A DNA stretch of 64,000 nt from Acidobacteria bacterium RIFCSPLOWO2_12_FULL_54_10 (GTDB lineage: Bacteria; Acidobacteriota; Terriglobia; 2-12-FULL-54-10): NCBI GenBank assembly GCA_001767075.1, contig MEKX01000067.1:383-64382 (forward strand), in the 5' to 3' direction. Made by a program: the position numbers and the translations under genes. Of the stretch, positions 19,874-28,627 are shown piece by piece. Within the stretch, counting starts at the first letter, position 1, and each line of letters begins with the position of its first letter. A model generated the notes under the pieces. It did not search any database. It was given only the letters and a program-made list of their open reading frames with translations, and was not told where the DNA came from.

Positions 19874-20107
19874 CTACTCGCTACTCTTTGGTGGATCTGG
19901 ATTCTGTTCGTTGCGACGATCGCTGCTTCGTCTATCATGACCTTGCCGTCGATCAATTGTTACGTAAGCCCATTCGGTTACTCCGCGACAAGTTACGCAA
20001 TGTTTGCTCAATGTTTTTCCAGAAGTTATCCCCTCGGCGACACCCTCCTCCACGAACATACCGTGCCGCGCTCCGCAACTTTCGCAAGTCATTAACATGC
20101 TAGGCAT
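19874..20107 (-). CDS. small zinc-ribbon protein (two CxxC pairs), hypothetical
   Basis: CESCGARHG...CVTCRG followed by a basic Arg/Ser-rich tail. Convergent with the FmdB gene. Confidence 0.35.
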   Translation of the reverse strand: MPSMLMTCESCGARHGMFVEEGVAEGITSGKTLSKHCVTCRGVTEWAYVTIDRRQGHDRRSSDRRNEQNPDPPKSSE

Positions 20108-20276
20108 AGGGAGAGTATAGCATTACAATGGCATCGCTAGTCTAGGTCTGCATGTCTATTGAATTCACATTGACCCAATTCGATTTTAAGTATTAAATTG
20201 TTTCATGTTTTGATGATTTAGATGAATGCAAATCGCTGAAATGCTTTTATTAGAACATCGCTTCCGGAGGGAAAAC

Positions 20277-22178
20277 ATGTCAAAAAAAATTAGTGCGCTC
20301 TTTGCTCTAGTGTGTTGGATCGGACTTTCGGCCAACTCCTGGGCACAAGGATATCAAAGTCTTGAAATGGTTCTTTATAATGGCAAAATTGTAACGGTCG
20401 ATGACCATAGCTACACGTCAAATATAGGAACCATTGCTCAAGCAATCCACATCAAAGACGGCAAAGTATTGCATGTTGGAACCAACGACCAGATTCGCCC
20501 AATGGCTGGAGCCGGGGTCAAGTCGGTCGATCTGAAGGGAAAGACTGTTATTCCAGGAATGATTCTTACGCATGAACATCCTTATGACTGGAATCCAGTA
20601 GAACCCTGGCCCGTGAAAGCAGTTTTGGGTAAAGATGACAAGGTCATAGTTCGATTTTTGGAAGGCAGCCCGGAAGAAAATATCCAAGCATTTCCTAAAA
20701 CTTTAACTGAAACTGTGGCCAAGTCTAAGCCTGGTCAATGGATCTACATCGTATTTACCTTCGGCAAGAATTATGAATGGTCCACTGGCGGCAACATTGG
20801 CATGGGTCGGGGAGGCATGGATTCCAAAGTATTTAATATCATCCTCGAGAAAAGAATCACCAAAGAGATGCTGGACGCTGCCGCACCCAATAATCCGATT
20901 CTTCTCCGGGATGTTTTCACCACCATGATGTTTAATCAGAAAGGATTGGATGAAAGCAGGAAAATTTTCCCCGAGAAAGACATCAATACCATAAAAGATG
21001 CAGATGGCATCGGCGGAGCCAACGAAATGCGCTGGGCTTTTTCGGATGTAGTCATGCATGACCGAATGGCGGATTTACAAGAAATCATCCGTTTAGGGCA
21101 TGAATGGTGGGCCGGATACGGAATGTCGGGGTATTCTTCCAACACATATGCGCCATCAACGCACAAAGTTTATGGTGATCTTGAAGCGAGAGGACTGATG
21201 TCCTTGCGCGTGGCTTGGACTTGGAATTGGCGTGCGGGCTATTATTACCCGGATGAATATTTTCTGTACGACTTGGCAAACAGGCTGGGTAAAGGTACAG
21301 ATTATTATTGGAATGCAGGTGGCAGAAATGGCGCAGGCGGGAATTGCACCACAGCAGTACCGCTCAAGCCGCAACCAATTGTGCGAGCCGCAGGCGGTGG
21401 TGAACTAGCCGGTTGCACGTATGAGCCCGGCTCCAGGAATGCCCTATTGCTTTATGACTGGATTAAAGCGGGAAATCGATATGCCGGAGCTCACCATGGC
21501 GGAGACAAAGATGTCGATTACGTCATGGATATCATCGAAAAAGCCAGTAAAGATGCTGGCATGACGATTGAGCAAATACGGGCAAAACGCCATTCGGTTG
21601 ACCATAGCGGGATGTTCCCTCGTCCGGATCAAGTAACGCGCATGAAAAATCTCAATTTGGCTGCCGACGGCAATGCGTTTGAGATTTTCCAAGCTGCGCC
21701 AGCCGTGTTTGAAACCTATGGTGAAAGAGCTGTTGGTTGGGTCGTTCCCAAAAAGCGGCTGAATGAAGCGCAGATTCTTAATTCATTTGAGATGGATCGT
21801 GCTTTAGGATCAACGGTACTTACATTCTTTGACGGTCTCACTTGGTTTCAGAATCGAAAATCCTGGGACGGCAAAGTCTATGGCGCGGACCAAGCGATAG
21901 ATCGTGCGACGACGCTAAAGGTCGCTACTTACCGCGGAGCTGAATTCTCACTGAAGGAGAATCAGTGGGGTTCTCTCGAACCAGGGAAATGGGCCGACCT
22001 GCTCGTATTGGATAAAGATTTCCTTGCCTCGTCCATCGATGACTTCCAAAAAACCAGAGTACTCATGACAGTTTCTGGCGGCCGAATTATTCATTTGGTT
22101 CCATCTTTAGCCCGCGAGATTGGAGTGCAGCCAGCAGGCGCTATGGTGACTTTGAACGGCCCGGCGGCTCAATGGTAA
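20277..22178 (+). CDS. secreted amidohydrolase-3 family metal-dependent hydrolase (paralogue 6 of the family at 54-64 kb)
   Basis: ATG at 20277 preceded by GGAGG. Signal peptide ALFALVCWIGLSANSWAQ. HxH metal motif PGMILTHEHP and C-terminal NAFEIF.../DLLVLDKDF blocks shared with the tandem copies. Confidence 0.75.
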   Translation: MSKKISALFALVCWIGLSANSWAQGYQSLEMVLYNGKIVTVDDHSYTSNIGTIAQAIHIKDGKVLHVGTNDQIRPMAGAGVKSVDLKGKTVIPGMILTHEHPYDWNPVEPWPVKAVLGKDDKVIVRFLEGSPEENIQAFPKTLTETVAKSKPGQWIYIVFTFGKNYEWSTGGNIGMGRGGMDSKVFNIILEKRITKEMLDAAAPNNPILLRDVFTTMMFNQKGLDESRKIFPEKDINTIKDADGIGGANEMRWAFSDVVMHDRMADLQEIIRLGHEWWAGYGMSGYSSNTYAPSTHKVYGDLEARGLMSLRVAWTWNWRAGYYYPDEYFLYDLANRLGKGTDYYWNAGGRNGAGGNCTTAVPLKPQPIVRAAGGGELAGCTYEPGSRNALLLYDWIKAGNRYAGAHHGGDKDVDYVMDIIEKASKDAGMTIEQIRAKRHSVDHSGMFPRPDQVTRMKNLNLAADGNAFEIFQAAPAVFETYGERAVGWVVPKKRLNEAQILNSFEMDRALGSTVLTFFDGLTWFQNRKSWDGKVYGADQAIDRATTLKVATYRGAEFSLKENQWGSLEPGKWADLLVLDKDFLASSIDDFQKTRVLMTVSGGRIIHLVPSLAREIGVQPAGAMVTLNGPAAQW

Positions 22179-22221
22179 AAAAATAGCAGCAAATAATAAA
22201 TTTATTTTGTCTTGAAAGCAT

Positions 22222-22290
22222 GGGGCAGGCAATCACCTTAACTCCAGTGAAACTAGATAAGGTGAGTGACCTGCCCCGGATGTTTTATAA
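22222..22290 (+). terminator. rho-independent terminator candidate after the amidohydrolase gene
   Basis: Imperfect ~19-bp inverted repeat GGGGCAGGCAATCACCTTA / TAAGGTGAGTGACCTGCCCC with 17-nt loop, followed by GGATGTTTTAT. Confidence 0.45.
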
Positions 22291-22351
22291 ATTCTAATAA
22301 TCCATTTATCAATTCTTCGTGAAGAAATGTTGCGTATCTAGTGTTGTTTTC

Positions 22352-22381
22352 TTGACACAGCACAAAAATGTTACCTAAGAT
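22352..22381 (+). promoter_or_regulatory. sigma70-like promoter candidate for the dksA-like gene
   Basis: TTGACA (22352-22357), 18-nt spacer, TAAGAT (22376-22381), 45 nt upstream of the ATG at 22427. Confidence 0.35.
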
Positions 22382-22426
22382 AGTGGTTTTAGACTTTGGA
22401 GGCTTTTCACATTGAGGTCAGTTACT

Positions 22427-22780
22427 ATGGATAAGAAACGACTGGAGATGTATAAGAAGCGGCTCCTTGATCGGAGAACCGAACTCCAGGATATCGTTTC
22501 TAGAGCCGAAGAAGATGGGCGCCATGCGGATGAGGAAGTTGCCCGGGATTTGGCGGACAAGGCAAGCAGTTCCTACACAAAGGAATTTCTCTTCAAGAAG
22601 AGCAACGACGACCGCTTTATATTACAGTTAGTGCAGGATGCCTTGGAGCGATTAGAGCGCGGAGAATACGGCATTTGCGTTCATTGTAACGGTGAAATGC
22701 AGCAAAAACGGCTGGATGCCGTACCCTGGGCCAGGCATTGTATCGACTGCCAGGAAAAGCAAGAACAAGGATTACTGTAG
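22427..22780 (+). CDS. DksA/TraR-family C4 zinc-finger transcription factor
   Basis: Coiled-coil N-terminus then CVHCNGEM...CIDCQ four-cysteine finger. Confidence 0.75.
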   Translation: MDKKRLEMYKKRLLDRRTELQDIVSRAEEDGRHADEEVARDLADKASSSYTKEFLFKKSNDDRFILQLVQDALERLERGEYGICVHCNGEMQQKRLDAVPWARHCIDCQEKQEQGLL

Positions 22781-22955
22781 TTAGAAATTATAGATTTTCT
22801 AACAGGAGGGTGTCTTCCCTACTAAATCCTACATTCGAAACCCCGAACTTCCCGCATCAGTTCCCACGTTATTTCGTACCGCTGCTGACTGCATAATTAC
22901 CCTTCTGTTTCCCATTACCTGCAAAATTTGCGAGAATCCAATTCAAGAATTCTCT

Positions 22956-23534
22956 TTGGCACCCGTATGCCAAACCTGCTTGGAAGCTCCTGTTGAATGG
23001 ACAGGAAAACAATGCGAACGCTGTGGTTTATTGCTCATAAGCTCTGGATCAATACACAAGGATGAATTCTGCCGTTTATGCCGGAAAGGCGTATTCCGAT
23101 TTGAAAAAGCTCGCAGCTTTGGGTTATACGAAGGCAGGCTGAGAGACCTGATCCAGCGGTTGAAATATGACGGACTTCGTCCTCTGGCGAAGCCTCTGGG
23201 CAGACTTCTTAGGAATCCTATTCAACGATTCAATGTGGACACGTGGGATGTGATCCTGCCTGTTCCTTTACATGCGCGCCGGCAACGCCATCGTGGATTT
23301 AATCAATCGGCTCTGCTGGCGCAGGAGATTTCGCGAATGCTTGGAATAGCTTTATCGAAGGATTGTGTCCGCGTTCGAGATACGCCTCCGCAAACGGGAC
23401 TACGTGCTGCGGAGAGGCGTAAAAATGTAACTGGAGCGTTTCTTGTTCCAAATCCTGAAAAAGTCCGATCACTGCGTGTTCTTCTAGTGGACGACGTGAT
23501 AACCACCGGAGCTACCGCGAACGCTTGCGCTTAA
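22956..23534 (+). pseudogene. comFC: ComF/ComFC-family phosphoribosyltransferase-like gene with in-frame TAA and no canonical start
   Basis: PRTase motif VLLVDDVITTGAT. N-terminal zinc-finger residues (CKICEN...CQTC) lie upstream of the annotated TTG in the same frame, with no ATG/GTG in between. TAA at 23536-23538 interrupts ...ANACA*ALLEAGAKGVWVVTLARA, which continues in frame to 23600. Confidence 0.5.
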
Positions 23535-23614
23535 GCATTACTGGAAGCGGGCGCAAAGGGCGTATGGGTGGTTACTCTGGCGCGTGCTGAACGAAACGAC
23601 TTGGATATAGTATA

Positions 23615-24202
23615 ATGAATGCAACAAAAGATATTTCTCTAGGTTTACATACAAAGATGGAGAAACTAGAGGCGAAACGGAACGGCCAGGTTTTACATAC
23701 GCCGGTTCTCGTTCTAAATGCTACTTATGAACCAGTCAATGTATGTGCCGCCAGACGAGCAATCGTGCTGATTTTGAATGGAGTTGCATTACCAGAAGAA
23801 GTTTCCCATCGACAGGTAAAATCGCCGAGCAGGATCATGCAGGTGCCTAGCGTTATTCGTCTGCTTGAGTATCGTCGGATTCCACATCAGGCACGGGCGT
23901 TATCACGAAAAAATATCCTGATTCGCGATCACTACACCTGCCAATTCTGTGCGCGGACACTGGTTGCCGCAGAATTAACGCTTGACCATATCATTCCTCG
24001 CTCGCAAGGCGGAAAATCGGCTTGGGAAAATCTGGTTGCGTGTTGTTATTCTTGCAACAATCACAAAGGAGATCGCACGCCCGAACAGGCATCCATGAAG
24101 TTACTGCGCCAGCCGCGACCGTTTAATCTGCACACCAGCCGACATCTGATGCGATTAATGGCATCCGGTGAAGTCCTGTGGCGCAAGTATCTATTTTTTT
24201 AG
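23615..24202 (+). CDS. HNH endonuclease family protein
   Basis: CQFC...LTLDHIIPRSQGG...WENLVACCYSCNNHKG HNH/zinc-finger nuclease motif. Confidence 0.75.
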   Translation: MNATKDISLGLHTKMEKLEAKRNGQVLHTPVLVLNATYEPVNVCAARRAIVLILNGVALPEEVSHRQVKSPSRIMQVPSVIRLLEYRRIPHQARALSRKNILIRDHYTCQFCARTLVAAELTLDHIIPRSQGGKSAWENLVACCYSCNNHKGDRTPEQASMKLLRQPRPFNLHTSRHLMRLMASGEVLWRKYLFF

Positions 24203-25225
24203 ATTTCCGATTGAATTTTTGATTTTTTGGTTTAAGTGTTTTTCTGTTTGTAGCGCAATAGCAGACAAACGATCACCACATGCTCCGCCTGTAGCAAGTG
24301 CGGTTTCCGCAGCTCTGCTTGCGTACTCCAATCCTAAGGAATCCTGCCCGCTTCGGCCTGCCTGAATCGCTGTAGCCAGCGCATAGAGTGCGTTGGATGG
24401 ATACTTATCAGAAAGCTCCTTTAACATGGCCAGCGAGACGATTAGATAGTTTTCCTGAATGGAATAAATATGCGCTAGTTCGTACTGCGCCTCCACGGCA
24501 ACCAGTATCGAATGTTGGCTGGCAGTTCGAAGCTGCTCCAAGCCTTTACTGCGATCCCCTGCCGGAATGCCCAGAAAGAAGCGAACCAGTTTCAGCATGG
24601 GCGAAAGAATATCAGCGTAATAGTTGTATGCTCCCAGGCCAAAAGAGGCCTCTGGCATCAGGCTAGAATCCTCTTCTACAGCTTCCAGAAGTTCGGCGCG
24701 CATCTTCTTGCCTTCGGTTGCTGATTTCAATCGATCTCCACGAAAAGTGAATAAACGGGCCTGAATGCCGTGAGATAACCCTTTGTACAACGCGCCGACT
24801 GCGGCGTTTTCGCCATTACGGTTCATATTTTCGCTGGAAATAAGCGCACGCTGTATAGACTCAGCAAATTGTTTGTCATAAGAACTAGAGCCATGTTGGG
24901 CAACGTGCCAAACCTCGCGTGGAGTGATGTGAGCCGTCTCGCAGTAAATCAATCCCCAGTATGCTTCTGCGACCACGAGTGAAGACAATGGCTGATCTGC
25001 AAATTGATTCTGCAATTCCGTTGCGGAAGAGATGACCTGAGCGTATTTACCCTGACGAATCGCCTCGACGCTTGTTTTTAGTTGGTCAGGAATATCCAGG
25101 ACATTCGCAGCATGTGAATAACGCCCAATGGATGCGGTCGTTAGAAAAATAAAAATGAATGCTATCGACGTGCTACACCGGGCCCAGCCTTGATATTGAC
25201 AGGCCAACAAACGAACTGCCCGCAT
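24191..25225 (-). CDS. hypothetical secreted/anchored protein
   Basis: Long ORF. Start placed at the internal MRAVRLL with signal-like leader, because the ORF-track start would overlap the divergent methyltransferase start. Confidence 0.4.
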   Translation of the reverse strand: MRAVRLLACQYQGWARCSTSIAFIFIFLTTASIGRYSHAANVLDIPDQLKTSVEAIRQGKYAQVISSATELQNQFADQPLSSLVVAEAYWGLIYCETAHITPREVWHVAQHGSSSYDKQFAESIQRALISSENMNRNGENAAVGALYKGLSHGIQARLFTFRGDRLKSATEGKKMRAELLEAVEEDSSLMPEASFGLGAYNYYADILSPMLKLVRFFLGIPAGDRSKGLEQLRTASQHSILVAVEAQYELAHIYSIQENYLIVSLAMLKELSDKYPSNALYALATAIQAGRSGQDSLGLEYASRAAETALATGGACGDRLSAIALQTEKHLNQKIKNSIGNLKK

Positions 25226-25288
25226 AAGGAAGCTATTGAGCTCCAATGTTAAGATTACATTTCGTATCATGGCCATATAGGAAAGAAT

Positions 25289-25972
25289 ATGAGGCAAATT
25301 CATTCCAACGAAATAAAGGAAACTTCAGCGGCAAAGCTAAATATCCGCCAAATCAGCGATGCTTATACGCGCCTCGCACCATTGTACGGTATTTGGGAAT
25401 GGGTAGCTGAAGGAAGTGCACAGCGAACTGCCATGGAGATGGCTGCGATCCAAAATGGTGAATCCCTCCTGGAAGTGGCAGTAGGCCTGGGCACATCGCT
25501 CAATATTCTTAGGAAACAAAACCCTAATGGAAGAAATATAGGAATGGATTTAACCTCTGTAATGCTGCGTAGAACTCGCAAGCACTTGATGATCGACCAG
25601 AATGTCAATCCTGCGCTTTGCCAAGGCGACGCTATGGTTATGCCATTTGCTGATGCAAGTTTCGATTTGATTTATTGCACCTTTCTGCTCGATTTGCTGC
25701 CCATACCTGATATTCATGTAGTGATCCGGGAAATGCGTCGAGTGTTGCGTCCTTCGGGTAGGGTAGTCATAGCGCATCTAAGCATGAATCATCGCTCGTT
25801 TAATTGGTTCTGGATTCTTCTTTACTCGAGTATCCCAATGTTGCTTGGAGGATGCAGGCCGATTCAACTGACAAACTGGCTGCCCCATGATGGGTTTATG
25901 GTCCAACAGGTACAAGTTGTTTCGCAGTGGGGGATTCCCAGCGAAATTATTTTAGCAACACCTAATGGATGA
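25289..25972 (+). CDS. class I SAM-dependent methyltransferase (UbiE/Type-11-like)
   Basis: Motif I LEVAVGLGTS, D/E loop IGMDLT, motif post-II DASFDLIYCTF, LRPSGRVVI. RBS AGGAAAG. Confidence 0.7.
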   Translation: MRQIHSNEIKETSAAKLNIRQISDAYTRLAPLYGIWEWVAEGSAQRTAMEMAAIQNGESLLEVAVGLGTSLNILRKQNPNGRNIGMDLTSVMLRRTRKHLMIDQNVNPALCQGDAMVMPFADASFDLIYCTFLLDLLPIPDIHVVIREMRRVLRPSGRVVIAHLSMNHRSFNWFWILLYSSIPMLLGGCRPIQLTNWLPHDGFMVQQVQVVSQWGIPSEIILATPNG

Positions 25973-25995
25973 GCATGGTTTGGAAGAAATGATGA

Positions 25996-26805
25996 TTATT
26001 GGCGGGGATCTTGCGCGCTTTCAACGGCCTCACCTTGAATACCGCCCGTATAATCTTTCACCTGTACAACTTCATCGCCTTCAAAAGTGACAAAGATGAC
26101 TTTCATCGGGGGCGTTCCGTAGATCCAGTCCTCTCGCTCGGTACCATTATCATCTTCTCGTACCTTACGGTCCGGCGGACCCAGCGCTGCCAATACCATG
26201 TCTCGGTCCATGCCTGAAACCGCTCTTTTGTTCTCAATGGCTTCTTTAAATTCCGGGGGGACTGGTTTGCTTATGGCTTGCAGGGGAGTAACCGGCGTAA
26301 AATCCAGCACCGGTAAAAGTAAGTCTTTTGTTTGCTCGACAGTTAGTTCATCCACGCTGCGTGGCAATTCGAGCCTGATCATCGAGCCTGTTGGGGAATC
26401 TTTTTGTTTGTTCGGATTTGTGCCAACCGGATAGGTTCCGGAGCCCATGCCGACTTCGATGTGCTCATACCATTTCGTCTTCTTTTTCCCGCCACCGTTG
26501 ATTTCAAATTGAATTTCTCGTCCATTAAATTCGATATTGGTAATTTGTATCAGCAACTTCGGCGCAATGGCCATGCCGTTTTTACTAATCTCTCGTTCTA
26601 GATTCTTGTCATCTACTTGACCCGTATCCTTCAGGATCAATCCTTTCTCACCACGAGGCAATGGAATCTTCAAAGTAGCGTATTCAGCTACCAAGCCACG
26701 AAGTAAAGCCATTCGGGTTTCCGTCTTCAGATCGGCCCGCAGATAGCCGGAAGTGAACAGAAAACTGGCTAACAATATTATTTGCAGATGGACCCGGCAA
26801 GCCAT
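25996..26805 (-). CDS. hypothetical secreted protein
   Basis: Signal-peptide-like N-terminus (LQIILLASFLFTSG) and no recognisable catalytic motif. Confidence 0.4.
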   Translation of the reverse strand: MACRVHLQIILLASFLFTSGYLRADLKTETRMALLRGLVAEYATLKIPLPRGEKGLILKDTGQVDDKNLEREISKNGMAIAPKLLIQITNIEFNGREIQFEINGGGKKKTKWYEHIEVGMGSGTYPVGTNPNKQKDSPTGSMIRLELPRSVDELTVEQTKDLLLPVLDFTPVTPLQAISKPVPPEFKEAIENKRAVSGMDRDMVLAALGPPDRKVREDDNGTEREDWIYGTPPMKVIFVTFEGDEVVQVKDYTGGIQGEAVESAQDPRQ

Positions 26806-27047
26806 AAATGATCCGACCTCCAGCCTTCGAATGGTTATTCTCTTGTATAGATTCTATGACTTTCATAAAAATAGCACAAGATGCCATTTAGCCAGTTTTA
26901 CCCCTGCGGTGTTTCTGAATATTCATTCACCCTATCTTGGTCATGGTGAATCATTTAATGAACTGGTTTCTGCGTAATTTCAGCCAATTGATCCCGCACA
27001 TTAAACAACGTTCTTTGCTATGCTTTCATTAGATTTTCTCAGGAGGC

Positions 27048-27635
27048 ATGCCAATGAATAAAATGAATATTTTACTAGTAATGGCGGTGGGATTTTTAGT
27101 TGTTTCATTTCCTGCCAAAGGAAAATCCGAAACCATTCCTGCAGGGACAATTGTCACGGTGCGCATTATGGATTCATTGGATTCGGAGATAAATTATGCG
27201 GGGGAAACATTTCGCGCAACACTGGATAACCCGCTAACGGTAGATGGAAGAGTAATCATTCATCGCGGCGCAGAGGCAATCGGACGCCTGACTACTTCAG
27301 AAGCATCGGGGCGTTTCCGTGGGCGATCCGTGATCGGCATTGAGCTTACAGCGATAAATTTTGATGGCAAGTCGGTTGCTATTCAAACAAGCGTTTACCA
27401 GGAAACCAGTTCCTCCCGCGGCAAGGAAACCGCAAAGTTGGCCGGTATTGGATCGGTGCTCGGTTCTATTATCGGAGCTGTGGCAGGGGGCAAGAAAGGA
27501 ACCTTTATTGGTGCAGGGATTGGCGCTGCTGGCGGCGCTGCTACGCAAACCATTAAGGGCAATGCCAATGTGAGGATACCTGCTGAATCTATGGTGCTTT
27601 TCACCTTGCAATCGCCAACTGAGGTTGGTAAATAA
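27048..27635 (+). CDS. secreted protein with C-terminal glycine-zipper segment
   Basis: Signal peptide then GIGSVLGSIIGAVAGGKKGTFIGAGIGAAGGAAT glycine-zipper-like repeat. Confidence 0.5.
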   Translation: MPMNKMNILLVMAVGFLVVSFPAKGKSETIPAGTIVTVRIMDSLDSEINYAGETFRATLDNPLTVDGRVIIHRGAEAIGRLTTSEASGRFRGRSVIGIELTAINFDGKSVAIQTSVYQETSSSRGKETAKLAGIGSVLGSIIGAVAGGKKGTFIGAGIGAAGGAATQTIKGNANVRIPAESMVLFTLQSPTEVGK

Positions 27636-27874
27636 TGAAAAGTTGTACCGGATAATTTATTGCAGAGTGTTGTCTGAATCTCCTGGAACTATTGATCTAT
27701 TGTTTTGCAATACAATCGATAAATATTTACGTTTTAATCAGCGAAAGTCTTGACACAACTATTCAATTCTGCGCACAATGCTCTGTTTTAGATACAGAGT
27801 TAAATTTTCTGCCCGCTTCTCATATTTGTTGTGTAAATCAAGAAGAAATGAGAAGGCAGGGGAGGCATTTCTAA

Positions 27875-28627
27875 ATGGCTAATACCGTGCGAGCATTAGA
27901 AGAACGTGGCTTAGGAGCAACTCAGCGTCGTGATGCCTGGTGGCTACAGCCCGTCGCTGTGGCTGCTGGCCTTGGAGCATTCGTGATTTATTCCACCTGG
28001 GCTGCGCTGCAAGGCAATAATTATGAATGGGGACCGTATTTATCTCCGTTTTATTCCCCTCTGCTGGGTAAAGACTGGTGGCCCTTTTCACCAGCATTTT
28101 TGATCTTATGGGCACCAGCGGGATTCCGCGCTACATGTTACTACTATCGCAAAGCATACTATCGGGCGTTCTTCGCGGATCCTCCTGCCTGTGCCGTTGG
28201 TGAAATAGCAGAGCATCGCTACTGCGGCGAAACAAAGTTTCCATTCATCCTCCAAAACATGCATCGTTTCTTCTTCTATGTTGCCCTCTTGTTACTTGTT
28301 TTCTTATGGCACGATGCATACAAAAGCTTCTTTTTTGAAAACGGTATCGGAATCGGCCTGGGAAGCTTAGTTTTAACAGCTAATGCCAGTTTGCTCAGCT
28401 TTTATACATTGGGTTGCCATTCCCTGCGACATTTTGTCGGAGGAAAACTTGACACCTTCCAAGTCGGAGGCAACTGCACCATGCGGCACTCTTGCTGGAA
28501 AGGAGTCACCCGCTTGAACGAACATCATATGTTGTGGGCTTGGTGCAGTCTGGTCATGGTTGGGTTCGCAGATTTCTATGTCAGGATGCTAGCGTCCGGC
28601 ATATTTACAGACTTGAGGCTACTCTAG
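27875..28627 (+). CDS. sdhC: succinate dehydrogenase/fumarate reductase cytochrome b membrane subunit
   Basis: ~250 aa with 5 hydrophobic helices and conserved His residues, immediately upstream of the flavoprotein and Fe-S subunits (Bacteroidetes-type frdC/sdhC). Confidence 0.65.
   Translation: MANTVRALEERGLGATQRRDAWWLQPVAVAAGLGAFVIYSTWAALQGNNYEWGPYLSPFYSPLLGKDWWPFSPAFLILWAPAGFRATCYYYRKAYYRAFFADPPACAVGEIAEHRYCGETKFPFILQNMHRFFFYVALLLLVFLWHDAYKSFFFENGIGIGLGSLVLTANASLLSFYTLGCHSLRHFVGGKLDTFQVGGNCTMRHSCWKGVTRLNEHHMLWAWCSLVMVGFADFYVRMLASGIFTDLRLL

Noticed and set aside
19529-20095. 188-aa plus-strand ORF overlapping the FmdB gene and the small zinc-ribbon ORF
   Set aside because: It overlaps two more plausible genes in other frames, has a low-complexity translation and no motifs.
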